From an uncultured Spirochaetota bacterium (GTDB lineage Bacteria > Spirochaetota > Spirochaetia > SZUA-6 > CAVTHK01), in contig CAVTHK010000011.1 of assembly GCA_963734495.1 (NCBI GenBank), forward strand, positions 352,001 through 416,000: 64,000 nucleotides of DNA, read 5' to 3'. Positions within the stretch are counted from its first letter, which is position 1. Each line of letters begins with the position of its first letter. Below are positions 31,061-41,630 of the stretch, in pieces. A program made the translations under genes and the position numbers. The notes beneath the pieces are model-generated. The model made no database searches. It had not been told where the DNA came from and was given only the letters and a program-made list of their open reading frames with translations.

Positions 31061-32290
31061 TCAGGCCTTTTGCGCCGGCACCAGCCGCCAGAACAGGATT
31101 CCGGCGAGCAGCGCGAGCGCCGCTCCGAACAGGAAGGGCGCCGAGGCGCCGAAGCCGTGCCAGCCGAATGCGCCCTGCCACAGCAGCCCGGCGATGGCTG
31201 AGGCCGGAAAGGCGGTCAGGCCGATGGCGGCGTTGTACAGACCGTAGGCCGTGCCCCGCCGCTCCGGCGTCACCAGGTCGGCGATCAACGCCTTGGCCGA
31301 GCCTTCGGTGGCGGCGTAGTAGATGCCGTACAGGCCGTAGAGCGCCCAGACCTGCCAGCCGGTGCGCGACAGGGCGAAGCCCAGGTAGACCAGCCCGTAT
31401 GCCAGCCAGCCGCCGACGATCAGCCGCCGCCGCCCGATCCTGTCCGAGAGCGCACCCAGCGGGCCGGCCAGCAGGGAGTAGATCAGGTTGAAGGTCATCA
31501 GCATGAGAAGAATCTGGAACACGCCGAGGCCGCGGTTTTGGGCCAGCAGGATGATGAACGCGTCCGAGGAGTTGCCCAGCGTGAACAGGATCAGCACGAA
31601 CATGAAGAGCTTGAAGCGCCGGTCCATGCCCTTCATGCTGAACACGGGCACCCTCGACTGGCTGCGGACGCCGGTCTCCCGAGCCCCCAGCGCCAGCACG
31701 AGCACCGCCAGGACCGCGGGGATGATGCTGATGAGCACCGCGATCTGGAACGTCCGGCGCGTCAGGTCTGCGGCGCCGCGCTCGGTCAGCCAGACGATCA
31801 GGGCGGCAATCGCCACGCCGACGAGAGCCCCGGCCGTGTCTCCGGCGCGATGCACGCCGAAGGCCAGGCCCCGCTGCTTCTCGTCGATGCTGTCGGCGAC
31901 GAGGGCGTCGCGCGGCGCGGTGCGGATGCCCTTGCCCAGGCGATCCGCGACGCGCACCCCGAGCACAAAGCCCCAGGCATGGGCCAGATAGAGGAAGGGC
32001 TTGGCAAGCGTCGAGAGGCCATAGCCGATCACCGTGATCCACTTGCGCTGGCCGAGCCGATCCGACAGCGCCCCGGAGTAGATCTTCATCAGGCTCGCGG
32101 TCGTCTCCGCCAGGCCATCGATCAGGCCGATCACCGCGGTGCCCGCCTTGAGCACGTTGGCGAGGAACAGCGGCACCAGGTTGAAGATCATGTCCGATGA
32201 AACGTCGGTGAGGAAGGAAGTGGCCGTTACGATCCAGACGTTGACCGGCAGGCTGCGAAGACCGGTCCTGGGTTTCGCGTCCTTTCCCAC
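31061..32290 (-). CDS. MFS transporter
   Basis: GALSDRLGQRK and GALSDRIGRRR motif A, DRLGKGIRTAPRDAL; about 12 hydrophobic segments. Confidence 0.92.
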   Translation of the reverse strand: MGKDAKPRTGLRSLPVNVWIVTATSFLTDVSSDMIFNLVPLFLANVLKAGTAVIGLIDGLAETTASLMKIYSGALSDRLGQRKWITVIGYGLSTLAKPFLYLAHAWGFVLGVRVADRLGKGIRTAPRDALVADSIDEKQRGLAFGVHRAGDTAGALVGVAIAALIVWLTERGAADLTRRTFQIAVLISIIPAVLAVLVLALGARETGVRSQSRVPVFSMKGMDRRFKLFMFVLILFTLGNSSDAFIILLAQNRGLGVFQILLMLMTFNLIYSLLAGPLGALSDRIGRRRLIVGGWLAYGLVYLGFALSRTGWQVWALYGLYGIYYAATEGSAKALIADLVTPERRGTAYGLYNAAIGLTAFPASAIAGLLWQGAFGWHGFGASAPFLFGAALALLAGILFWRLVPAQKA

Positions 32291-32426
32291 GGGTCCTCCT
32301 TCGTGCGGCGCCGCTGCCGGCGACGCGTGCTCCGGCAGCGTACTACGGGCGCGTCAGGCGTGTCCGCATCCCGGCACACCCGTGCTCCATCCTATGCCCG
32401 GCGCCGCCTCGGAGCGGGCAGCGGCG

Positions 32427-32912
32427 TCAGTGATGGCCTTGGGTCATCACACGGAGGTCGCTCTCGAAGCCGTAGCGGAGAAAGAGCTCGCGACTCTCCG
32501 CGGCCAGCACGCCGCCGAGGTAATTGTGCACGCGGACCCGCAGGTGCTCGACGGCGGCGATGGCCTTGTCGCTCGCCATGTAGTCGTCCTTCAGGCCGTA
32601 GACAATGCTGCGGATATTCGCGAGCGCGATGGTGGCGAGGCACATGATGCAAGGCTCCACCGTCGTGTAGATCACGCACTCCCTCGCGTGCCTCTTGAGA
32701 AACGGGGCGATCTGGTAGATCGCCGTGTTCTCGGCGTGATGGACGTCGCTGTCGAGCGTCCTCCACCGGCTGGAGCCGCGACCGACGATGGTGCCCTCGT
32801 GCACGATCACCGCCCCGATGGGCCGATCGCCGCGTCGTCCGGCCTCCTCTGCTTCGCGAAGCGCCTCCCTCATCCAGGACTCGTGATCGAGCCTTGAGAA
32901 ATCGAGCGCCAC
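32427..32912 (-). CDS. Nucleoside deaminase (TadA/guanine-deaminase-like, Zn)
   Basis: WMREAL, PIGAVIV, HAE, TTVEPCIMC; GAGGAGG RBS before GTG. Confidence 0.85.
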   Translation of the reverse strand: MALDFSRLDHESWMREALREAEEAGRRGDRPIGAVIVHEGTIVGRGSSRWRTLDSDVHHAENTAIYQIAPFLKRHARECVIYTTVEPCIMCLATIALANIRSIVYGLKDDYMASDKAIAAVEHLRVRVHNYLGGVLAAESRELFLRYGFESDLRVMTQGHH

Positions 32913-33054
32913 GCCGACCTCCTCACGCGCGCCACACGACTGTAGCACGTTCCTTTTGCGTCCGGCAGCCCCGCCATGGATAGAAGTCACCATCCGGCAC
33001 ACACGGTGATCACTGCCACACTCGACGCCGTACACCCGGCGTGGAGGAGCGTTT

Positions 33055-33780
33055 GTGGCAAGCGCCGTGCAATTGAGCGTGATTCCCGTCGTACGGAGGC
33101 CGACCGACCTGCCCGGGTGGCGGGCGCGGCACCGTCTCTCCCGCCGCGCTCTCGGCGTGGTCAAGATGCTGGCGCTCATGGCCGCGGCCACCTTCGTTGT
33201 CGCATGGCAGGCGCGCCCGCTGCTCAAGGAGAAGCTCGCGGACCCGGCCTCCGGCATCGAGATCCGCTTCCCCGCCGGCTGGAGCGGAAATCGGTGGAGC
33301 ACGTCCGGCATCGAGGCCTGCGCGCTTCCCGGCGACATCCGGTCCGGGCGGCCACGGATGCCCCCGTCGCCCACGACCGGCTGCCGCGTGGCGCTCGAGC
33401 GGGCGCTCCCTTCGGACTTCGAACAGATATGCCGCATCCTCGGAGGCATGGATCTGGAGCCGGGATGGAGCCGGGACGAGTCGAGCAGGCTCGCGCACGT
33501 CGCCGTCTACCTCGGCATGGGCGGCTCCGCGGAGCAGGCGCAGATAGAGCCTTTGAGCATCGCGGGCAGGCCGGCGCTCATGCTGACCGCGCCGCGTTAC
33601 GGGGGCTGGGGGTCCGTCGTGCTCGCCAGCGGCGGGGACATCGCGTTCATTCACATCTACTTCCCGACGATCGAAGACCGACGCCGGCTCTGGCCGACAT
33701 GGCGCGCCATGGTCCGGTCTGTCCGTCTCGTCGGCACACCGGCCCCCATCGGCGTCGACTGGATCCCACGCGAGCCGTAG
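33055..33780 (+). CDS. Hypothetical membrane-anchored or exported protein (start uncertain)
   Basis: Hydrophobic stretch MLALMAAATFVVAW followed by a globular region; fills the gap between genes. Confidence 0.5.
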   Translation: MASAVQLSVIPVVRRPTDLPGWRARHRLSRRALGVVKMLALMAAATFVVAWQARPLLKEKLADPASGIEIRFPAGWSGNRWSTSGIEACALPGDIRSGRPRMPPSPTTGCRVALERALPSDFEQICRILGGMDLEPGWSRDESSRLAHVAVYLGMGGSAEQAQIEPLSIAGRPALMLTAPRYGGWGSVVLASGGDIAFIHIYFPTIEDRRRLWPTWRAMVRSVRLVGTPAPIGVDWIPREP

Positions 33781-33790
33781 GCGACGCGGT

Positions 33791-33819
33791 TTGCGCCCGG
33801 CTCACGGGGGCTCTACAAT
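33791..33819 (+). promoter_or_regulatory. Putative sigma70 promoter
   Basis: TTGCGC-17 nt-TACAAT. Confidence 0.5.
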
Positions 33820-33838
33820 GCGGGAGTTGGCGGGCAGA

Positions 33839-36759
33839 GTGAGGAAAGTCGAACCGGGCAAGTTGCCGGCTTCTCTGTTCGTGGGGCGGGACGACGAGCT
33901 CGGCCTCTTCAGCCGATTGCGACAGGCGGCGGCCGCGGGGCAACGGCGCCGTGGTCGCGATCTCCGGTGATCACGGCGTCGGCAAGACCCGGCTCGCACG
34001 CGAGGTCGCGGCGGACGCCGAGCGCGCCGGGTTCGTGGCGCTCTGGGGTCAGGGCTATGACGACGAAGGCTCCCCCGCCTATTGGCCCTGGGCTGAGCTG
34101 ATCAGGCGATACGCCGATCGATTCGGCCTCGATCGCGCGCGTAAGGTGATGGGGACGGGCGTGCGCGACATCGCGTGCCTGATTCCGGCCCTCGAAAGCC
34201 TCGTGCCCGCGGCCGGTGGCTCGCGGGAGCCTCCCTCGCAGCAGGCCCGCTACCGCCTCTTCGCGGCGATGCGCTCTTTTGTCGAGCGGGCGGCCGTGGA
34301 TGCGCCACTGCTGCTCGTGCTCGACGATCTGCACTACTGCGATCCCGATACCCTGCGGCTCTTCGAGGCGGTGGCGGGCGATCTGGAGCGCTGCCGCGTA
34401 GTGGTGATCGGCACGTACGTGCAGCGCAGGGCCCTGCACCACCCGGTCCTGCCGCCCGTGCTCGCAGCGGTCTCAAAGCTGCCGTGGTGGCGCGAGGTGG
34501 AGGTGGGCAGCCTGAGCGAGGGGGATATCCGCCTTCTTCTAGAGGCTGAGGTGGGGAAGAAGGGCTCCGCTTCGCTTGCTCCGTCGGTCCACAGGGAGAC
34601 CGGGGGCAACGCGCTCCTGGTAGTCGAAGCTGTGCGCCGCATCGCGATGGACGCCGCGTCCGGCGGTCAGCACACGGAGGATCGCTGGGAAGATGCGACG
34701 TCCGCGAACGTCGCCATCCTGATCAGCCGGAGGCTCGCGCGTCTTCCCGAGCCGGCGATCCTTGCACTGCGGACCGCAGCCGTGATCGGTCGCGAGGTCG
34801 ATCTCGATCTCCTTGCGGCCACCATGCGCGCGACTCCCGGGGAGACGCGGGACCTGCTGGCCGGACCCTTGGACGAGGGCCTGCTCGTGGAGGCCGCCCC
34901 GGACCGCTGCCGCTTCGCCCACGAGCTCGTGCAGCGCGCCGTGGCGGCGAGCCTGGCGCCCGCGGCACGCTGCGCGATCCACCGCTCGGCAGGGGAGGCG
35001 CTCGAGACGTTCCGCGCCGCCGGCCGGGCCGTGGACCCGGGGCGTCTCGCGTGGCACTTCGCGTCGGCGGGGACGGAGCACGCGGTCAAGGCAGGCCGCT
35101 ACGCCCGCGAGGCAGGAGAGAAGGCGATCGAGGCTGCGGCCTATGACACAGCCTTGCGTCACCTGGAGGCGGCGGGCGCGGTCCCGGGCCTCCCCCAGCG
35201 CGACCGCGCCGATCTGGCCATGCTGCGGGCGTGGACACTCTTTGCGCTCACGCGCTTCTTCGAGGTAGTCCCGTTACTGGTCGAAGCATTCGACCTGTAC
35301 GCGGCATGCGGCGATGTCGACCACGCTGTGGACGCCGCGGCATTCGACGCGTGTCCTCAGGGCGCCGAAAGCCTGCCGCGGGACGATCTGCGCCGGCTGC
35401 GCGAGCGGGCGCTGGCGCTGGCAGCTCCTGACTCGCCGCAGGAAGCGCGGCTCTTGTGCGCGCTCGGCGAGACCTATTCCTACGCGCAACCGGACCGGGC
35501 CGAGGGCTGTTTTTCGCGGGCCACGGCTCTGGCACGCAGTCTGGGAGATCGCCGCCTCGAGGCTCGCGTGCTCTACGCCCGGGCCTGGATGGAGTACCGC
35601 CAGCTGAAATGCCCGGCGTTCCTCCATACCGGCGCCGAAGTCCTGCGTCTCGCGCGGGAGATCGGCGACCACGAGCTCGAGCTGCTCGCGGGCGGCCGCC
35701 TCGCGAACTGGATGCTCTTCTGCGGCGACGCGACGGGCGCCGAGAACCTCGCCCGCGAGCTGCGCGCGGCGACGACCCTTCGGTCGAGCATCTGGACCGT
35801 GGAGCTGCAGCGAGCGGAGCGCCGCGTGACCCTGTATCGCGGCCGATGGGCCGAATACAAACGGTACCTGGCAGAGGATAGGTGGATGAAAGAAGCCGGC
35901 ATCGTGGTGGGCGTGCTGCGTGACAGCATTCCGCCGGTAGAAATCCGCACTCTCAAAGACGTGCTCGCGGACTTCGACCAGCGGCCCCAGTACTACATCA
36001 ACCCCGACCGCTTCGCCATGCGTGTGGCCGAAACGGCCCGCGCCGCCCGCAACCTGGGAGACACGAGCCGGCTGGCCGATATCGAGGCGCTCGCCAGGCG
36101 CGCCCTCGACCTTCGAGCTGAGTCCGCTGGGCCGGCTCCACGTGCTCGTCGCGCTCGGCTTTGTCGCGGTTCTGCGATCCGACGGGACGCTGCTCGCTGA
36201 AGTGTGCGGCGCCGAGCTCATCGCCGCGCCAGGAGACTTCATAGTCGAGTACTCCGAATACGTGCTCGACGGCGTGCGCGGCGTGTTTTTCGGCCTGCTC
36301 GATCGCGACAGCGAGGCGCGGCAATACTTCGAGCGTGGGCTGGAGTTCGGACGCCGCTGCGAGTTGGTCTGGGAGCACTACGCTACGTGCATCTACTACG
36401 CGGCCTTCCTGCTGCGCCACGGCGAGCGCAGGCGGGCCCGCGAGCTCGCCGAGGAGGCGCGGGTCTGCGGGGGCATGCTCGGGCTGAAAGGCCTCGACCG
36501 CGAGCTCGCCGAAGTGACGTCGCGCCTGGAGGGAGCGCTGCCGGACGGCCTTACACACCGGGAGGTCGAGGTGCTGACTCTCGCGGCGCGCGGCCTCGCG
36601 ACCAAACAGATCGCCGGGGAGCTCGACATCAGCTACTACACGGCGGTGAACCACCTCCACCACATCTATGCCAAGACCGGCGCCCAGTGCCGCGTGGATC
36701 TCGCCGAGTACGCGCGACGGCACCATCTCGGGCAGGACTCGGGCTCCTCGGGCGCCTGA
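33839..36759 (+). CDS. STAND/LAL-type regulator: AAA ATPase, helical repeats, LuxR HTH; frameshifts near 33940 and 36120
   Basis: FVGRDDEL, GDHGVGKT, LLVLDDLH, TGGNALLV, RFAHELV, LTHREVEVL...IAGELDIS...HIYAK. Confidence 0.85.
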
Positions 36760-36804
36760 CCTTTCCGACTCGCGTCCCGGCCCAGCCGCCTCGCACCAGC
36801 AGGT

Positions 36805-38855
36805 CTACTCGAACAGCACGACCTCGTAGAGGCCGAGCCGCGGAAGCACGACGCGCGCGTAGCGGCCGACCCGTTCGACCTGCAAGGAAGCGCCGGCCGC
36901 GAGCGCCCTGGCCCTGCTCCTGGACGTGTCGACCATGACCGCGACGTCGTGCAGCGGGATCACCTCGGTCTGCGGCTTGCTCTGGTGGCCGGCCGTGTTC
37001 AGCAGGTGCACCGCCAGCCCGGCCCGGGTCTCGGCAGCAGTGATCTCGACGCAGGACGGCGCGCTGGTCAGGACCTCGCGGGGGCCGTTCGAGCGGTCCA
37101 GCAGGTCGGCGAGCAGCAGCGCCTGCTCGGGCACGCCCTGGACGTGGTAGGTCCTGCCCAAGCTGCCAGGGAAGGTAGGTCGCGGTCCCGCGGCCGAAGC
37201 GCATCACGTAGAGGCCATAGTCGCCCCCTTCGCCGCTCCAGTAGGCGAACTCCGGCGTGTTGTTCGGCACGACGGGTGTCGTGGGAAGAGCGCGGAGCAG
37301 CACCGCCTGCGGGTCGGTCGGGCTCGACCGCGAGAAACGGCCCGTTCAGGGCGATGAGGTCCACATCGGCGAACGACCGCAGCAGGCCCTTTTCGTTACC
37401 GACCAACAGGTAGGAGCCGACGAGGTCGCGTCGCTCGCGCACGCGAAGCCTCAGGCTTGCGAGCGCGAACCGGCCGGTCTGCTGCCCTTCATCGTCATAC
37501 ATTCCCGTCTCGTAGCTCGCGATCAGGTTGCCGCCGTCGGCAACGAACTGGTCGAGGAGGCTCGCCTCGTCGGCCGACAGACAGGCCACGTTGGGAAGCA
37601 GGATCGTCCTGTAGCGGGCGAGATCCATCGAGGCGAGGGTCCCGTCGTGGGCGACGTCAAAGAGAAGGTGATGGTGCACGAGGGCCTCGTAGAACCCCCT
37701 GTACTCGAAGAGAGCCCGTTCGCGGCTCTGTCCGCGGCCGTAGAAGTCCATCGTCTTCTGCGAGTAGACCAGGAGCGTACGCCCGAGCGGGCGCATCTCT
37801 TCGTAACACGCATGGTTCGCGGCCAGAAAGCGGTAGGCTTCGCGCGCGGCCGGCAGCGCCTTGCGGTCGTCCTGTTCGAACGTGCCGCTCACCGCGAGCG
37901 CGGGGTTTCCTCCATGGGCCGCCACCTGGATGATGTCGTGGGCCAGCTGCGCGGCCGGCTGCCCCGAGCGGCGGCTCGCGAACACCTCGGAGTAGGTGAT
38001 GCCGACGAACAGGGGCTTGCCCATGCTCCGGCTGATGCGCGATTCCTCGCCGCCCAGGTAGATCCACTGCGGGAACGGACGGCCGAGCGCATTGAACGCC
38101 TCGGTGGCAAGCAGGTCGGGGACGAGCATGCCCTGGGCCGACCACCCTGAGCGGCAAAGCCTCTCGGGCTCATCGAGGGTCACGAAGATCGGGAGGGACA
38201 CAGCCGTGTCGGGTCGCCGCTGCTGGACGAAGTCGACGAGGCGGCGGGAGTATTCCTCCACGGCCTGATACCGGAACCTGACGTAGGCCCTCCAGCCCGG
38301 ATCGTCCCAGTCCTCGCGGTCGGGAAGCTCGCGGCCGGCCGCCCGGCGGAACGCGTCGCGGCACCGGTCGCACCAGCACTCGCCGTATCGGTAGTGGTTG
38401 TAGAAGAGGGCGTCGGGCGCGTAGCCGGCGAGCAGCTCGTCCACCAGCTCGAAGTTGTGCTTCTGCCAGTAGGGGCCGTTGAAGCAGGTGGCGAGCATGC
38501 TCCATTCCCGCACCGGCCGGCCCTCGCGGTCGTGGATGAACCAGTCCGGATGCGCCTCGTACTGGTCGTCGTGCTGCTTGCTCACGTCCATGCGCAGCAT
38601 GACCTTCATGCCCCGCGCGTGGGCCTCGTCGATGACCTGGCCCACGAAGTCGAAGTCCAGGTGCTTGTTCTTCCTGTGGAAAGGCAGGCGCGTCGGATAC
38701 CACGCGACGATGCCGCCGGCGTTTGCGAGGATCGCGTCTCCCCCGTAGTCCCGGATGACGTCCAGGAGCGCCGCCACATCGAGCCCCGCCGCGTCGATCT
38801 CGCGCAGGTTCGGCTGAAGCATCCGGAACGGTTGCTGCCAGAAGGGATCGGGCAT
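36805..38855 (-). CDS. Second GHL6-like putative glycoside hydrolase; frameshifts near 37160-37320
   Basis: FRMLQPNLRE, NAGGIVAWYPT, HPDWF, CWCDRC, ILLPNVACLS, C-terminal VHLLN. Confidence 0.78.
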
Positions 38856-38901
38856 CGAAGCCTCCTCGAACTTGTCGACGCCAAGGCGCGGCGGCGCGGC
38901 G

Positions 38902-39555
38902 TCAGCGCGCGGCCTTCTTCTTCACCTGGTATCTTACGATGGTCCAGTAATCCTTGGGCGACACGAACGGCATGCCCGGGCCCTTGAGGTACTCCTCTTC
39001 GTGATCGCCCGCGATCTCGTAGCCCTGGCTCGCAAGGAATTGCTCGAGCCGCTGGACGGTCGGCACCTCGGACTCGTAGGAGCCCAGGTGAAGGATCTCC
39101 GCGACCTCGCCGTACCGCCACGTGGCGAGCTCCGCCTTCATGCCCGTCGCGGTCGGTTGCTGGGGCGGCAGGACCAGGCCGTCGGGCACCGGGATGGCCA
39201 CCCATCCGCGCCACGGCGAAGACTGAAAGGTCCTGAATCGTTCGGCCGCATCCGCGGGCGCGTTCGCGGGGAATGCGTAGCGCGCTTTCGGCGGTTTCAT
39301 CGCCGGCCCCTTGGGCGCGCCCTTGAGCCTGTAGTACGCCTTGAACAGGACGCCGTACGCATCCTTGATGGCCGTCTCCGCCTTGCCCTCGAACGCGACT
39401 TGGAGAACGTGCTCATCGCCTCTGCTTGTTATGCGGGGCTCCTTGAGGGAGAGGTACGGCCTGAGGTCCGGACCTCTGAATAGAAGAAGGAAGGCAGCCG
39501 CCGCCAACACGACGACCCCTGCGGCGACGATCAGCACGATCAGAAGCGGTTTCAT
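38902..39555 (-). CDS. GyrI-like small-molecule-binding domain protein with N-terminal membrane anchor
   Basis: MKPLLIVLIVAAGVVVLAAAAFLLLF; AEILHLGSYE, HEEEYLKGPG, TIVRYQV. Confidence 0.8.
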   Translation of the reverse strand: MKPLLIVLIVAAGVVVLAAAAFLLLFRGPDLRPYLSLKEPRITSRGDEHVLQVAFEGKAETAIKDAYGVLFKAYYRLKGAPKGPAMKPPKARYAFPANAPADAAERFRTFQSSPWRGWVAIPVPDGLVLPPQQPTATGMKAELATWRYGEVAEILHLGSYESEVPTVQRLEQFLASQGYEIAGDHEEEYLKGPGMPFVSPKDYWTIVRYQVKKKAAR

Positions 39556-39604
39556 GGGCGCCTCCTGCCTGCTCGTGCGGCGCGGGCTGCACGGGCGCTC
39601 ACCT

Positions 39605-39675
39605 ACGGTAGGCTCGAGGGCCGCCCCTGTCAACGTTTCGCATTGCTTGCGGCGACGGCGGCCTCGCCGTAGAAT
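39605..39675. promoter_or_regulatory. Back-to-back divergent sigma70 promoters
   Basis: Minus TTGACA(39633-39628)-17-TACCGT; plus TTGCGG(39647)-17-TAGAAT. Confidence 0.55.
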
Positions 39676-39685
39676 GGCGGCCGCC

Positions 39686-40444
39686 ATGGCGAGCGATTTC
39701 TGGCCGGCGGGAAGGCCGGCCGCGGTGAGCTTCTCGTTCGACGATGCGCGCCTCAGCCAGATCGACAGGGGGCTCGCGGTCCTCGCGCGCCACGGGGTGC
39801 GCGCGACGTTCTACGTCTCGCTGCCGGCGCTCGAGGAGCGCCTGGCCGGCTGGGGCGAGGCAGTGCGAGCGGGCCACGAGATCGGCAACCACTGCCTCAC
39901 GCACCCTTGCAGCGGCAACTTTCCGTTCTCGCACGAAAACGCGCTCGAGGAGATGTCGCTCGAGGACATGGCGGGCGAGCTCGACGAAGCCTCCCGCCGC
40001 ATCGACGGGCTGCTCGGAGTCCGGCCGGTGACGTTCGCCTACCCGTGCGGCAACACGTTCGTCGGCCGCGGGAGCTACACGCGATCGTACGTGCCGCTCG
40101 TGGCGGACCGCTTTCTGGCGGGACGCGGCTACCTGAACGGCCAGACGAACGACCCGCGGCGCTGCGACCCGAGCCAGCTCGTCTCCGTCGGGCTCGATCG
40201 GGCCCCGCTGTCCTACGCCCGCGACCTCATCGACACGGCGGTCGACGAAGGCTCGTGGCTCGTCTTTACCGCGCACGACATCGGCGCGGGCCCCGAAGAG
40301 CCGCTCTCGGTGGATGTCGACGCGCTGGAGGCCGTCCTGCGCCTGGCAGCCGAGCGGGACTTGTGGGTGGCGACGGTCGCGGAGATCACGCGGCACGTGA
40401 TGAAACAAAGGGAGGGTCGGGATGTACCGGATAGGCAAACCTGA
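39686..40444 (+). CDS. Polysaccharide deacetylase (CE4/NodB-like)
   Basis: VSFSFDDA, ATFYV, GHEIGNHCLTHP, FAYPCG, WLVFTAH. Confidence 0.88.
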   Translation: MASDFWPAGRPAAVSFSFDDARLSQIDRGLAVLARHGVRATFYVSLPALEERLAGWGEAVRAGHEIGNHCLTHPCSGNFPFSHENALEEMSLEDMAGELDEASRRIDGLLGVRPVTFAYPCGNTFVGRGSYTRSYVPLVADRFLAGRGYLNGQTNDPRRCDPSQLVSVGLDRAPLSYARDLIDTAVDEGSWLVFTAHDIGAGPEEPLSVDVDALEAVLRLAAERDLWVATVAEITRHVMKQREGRDVPDRQT

Positions 40445-41600
40445 AATCGACGCGGTCGCTCGCGTGGTCAACAGCGGCAAGGTGTTCCGCTACGGCATCG
40501 GCGGCGAGTGCGACCGCTTCGAGCGCCGGTTCGCGCGCTACCTCGGCGTCAAGCACTGCGCGATGACCGCGAGCGGCACGCAGTCGCTCGCCGCCGCCCT
40601 GATCGCCGCGGGCATCGGCCCGGGCGACGAGGTGATCGTCCCGGCCTGCACCTACATGGCGACCGCGATCGCGGTGGTCATCGCCGGAGCGATCCCCGTG
40701 ATCGCCGACATAGACGAGTCGATCACGCTGAGCCCCGAGGCGCTGGAGGCGGCCATCGGGCCGCGCACCCGCGCCGTGATCCCCGTGCACATGTGGGGGC
40801 TGCCGTGCGACATGCGCTCGATCCTGCGCGTCGCGCGCGCGAGGAAGCTGCTGGTCATCGAGGACGCCTGCCAGGCGGTCGGTGGGGCCTACGAGGGCCG
40901 CAAGCTGGGAAGCCTGGGCGACATAGGCGCCTTCAGCTTTAACTACTACAAGAACATCACCGCCGGCGAAGGCGGCGCCGTCGTCACGAGCCGCAGCGCG
41001 TGGTCCGAGCGCCTGAAGTGCGCGATCGACCCGTGCAGCTTCTACTGGCGCGGCCGCGCCGGCAGCCGCGCGGGCTTCGTCTCCAGCGGGGCGCGGGCGA
41101 GCGAGTTCGAGGGGGCGATCCTGAACGAGCAGCTCGGGCGCCTCGACGGCATCATCCGCGCCATGAGGAAGCAGAAGAAGCACATATTGAAGGCGACCGC
41201 GGGCAGCGGCCTCGAGCCGATCCCCGCCAACAGCCTCGACTGGGAATGCGGCAGCCACGTGATGTACCGGCTGCCCACGCCCGCTGCGGCGGACCGCTTC
41301 GCGAAGCTCGCCGGGGGCACGGTCACGCTCAAGACCGGCCGCCACGTCTACACCGAGTGGGACCAGATCCTTCAGCACAAGGGCGGCCACCACCCCGACA
41401 CGAACCCATTCAACTTCAAGGCCAATCGCGGGTGCCGGATGGATTACAGCCGAGGCATGTGCCGCAAGAGCCTCGACATCCTCGCCCGCACCGTGTTCGT
41501 GCAGACGCATCCCGACCGCAAGGACAGCGAGGTGGCGGCGCTCGTCGAGCGCATCCGCGACGCGGCGCGGGCCGCGTCCGCCGCGCGGCGTCGCCGGTAG
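40422..41600 (+). CDS. DegT/DnrJ/EryC1/StrS aminotransferase, second copy
   Basis: ASGT, GPGDEVIVP, IEDACQA, FSFNYYKNITAGEGG. Confidence 0.9.
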   Translation: MYRIGKPEIDAVARVVNSGKVFRYGIGGECDRFERRFARYLGVKHCAMTASGTQSLAAALIAAGIGPGDEVIVPACTYMATAIAVVIAGAIPVIADIDESITLSPEALEAAIGPRTRAVIPVHMWGLPCDMRSILRVARARKLLVIEDACQAVGGAYEGRKLGSLGDIGAFSFNYYKNITAGEGGAVVTSRSAWSERLKCAIDPCSFYWRGRAGSRAGFVSSGARASEFEGAILNEQLGRLDGIIRAMRKQKKHILKATAGSGLEPIPANSLDWECGSHVMYRLPTPAAADRFAKLAGGTVTLKTGRHVYTEWDQILQHKGGHHPDTNPFNFKANRGCRMDYSRGMCRKSLDILARTVFVQTHPDRKDSEVAALVERIRDAARAASAARRRR

Positions 41601-41630
41601 CGAGGCGAACGCGATCCGGCGGCGCCGGCT

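Noticed and set aside
32427-32912. Calling the deaminase tadA
   Set aside because: HAE and PCxxC are present, but the sequence around them (SRWRTLDSDVHHAE, VYGLKDDY) differs from what I recall for TadA, so the substrate is uncertain.
33839-36759. Avs-type STAND anti-phage defence system
   Set aside because: The C-terminal LuxR HTH and absence of a nuclease, TIR, SIR2 or protease effector fit a transcriptional regulator.
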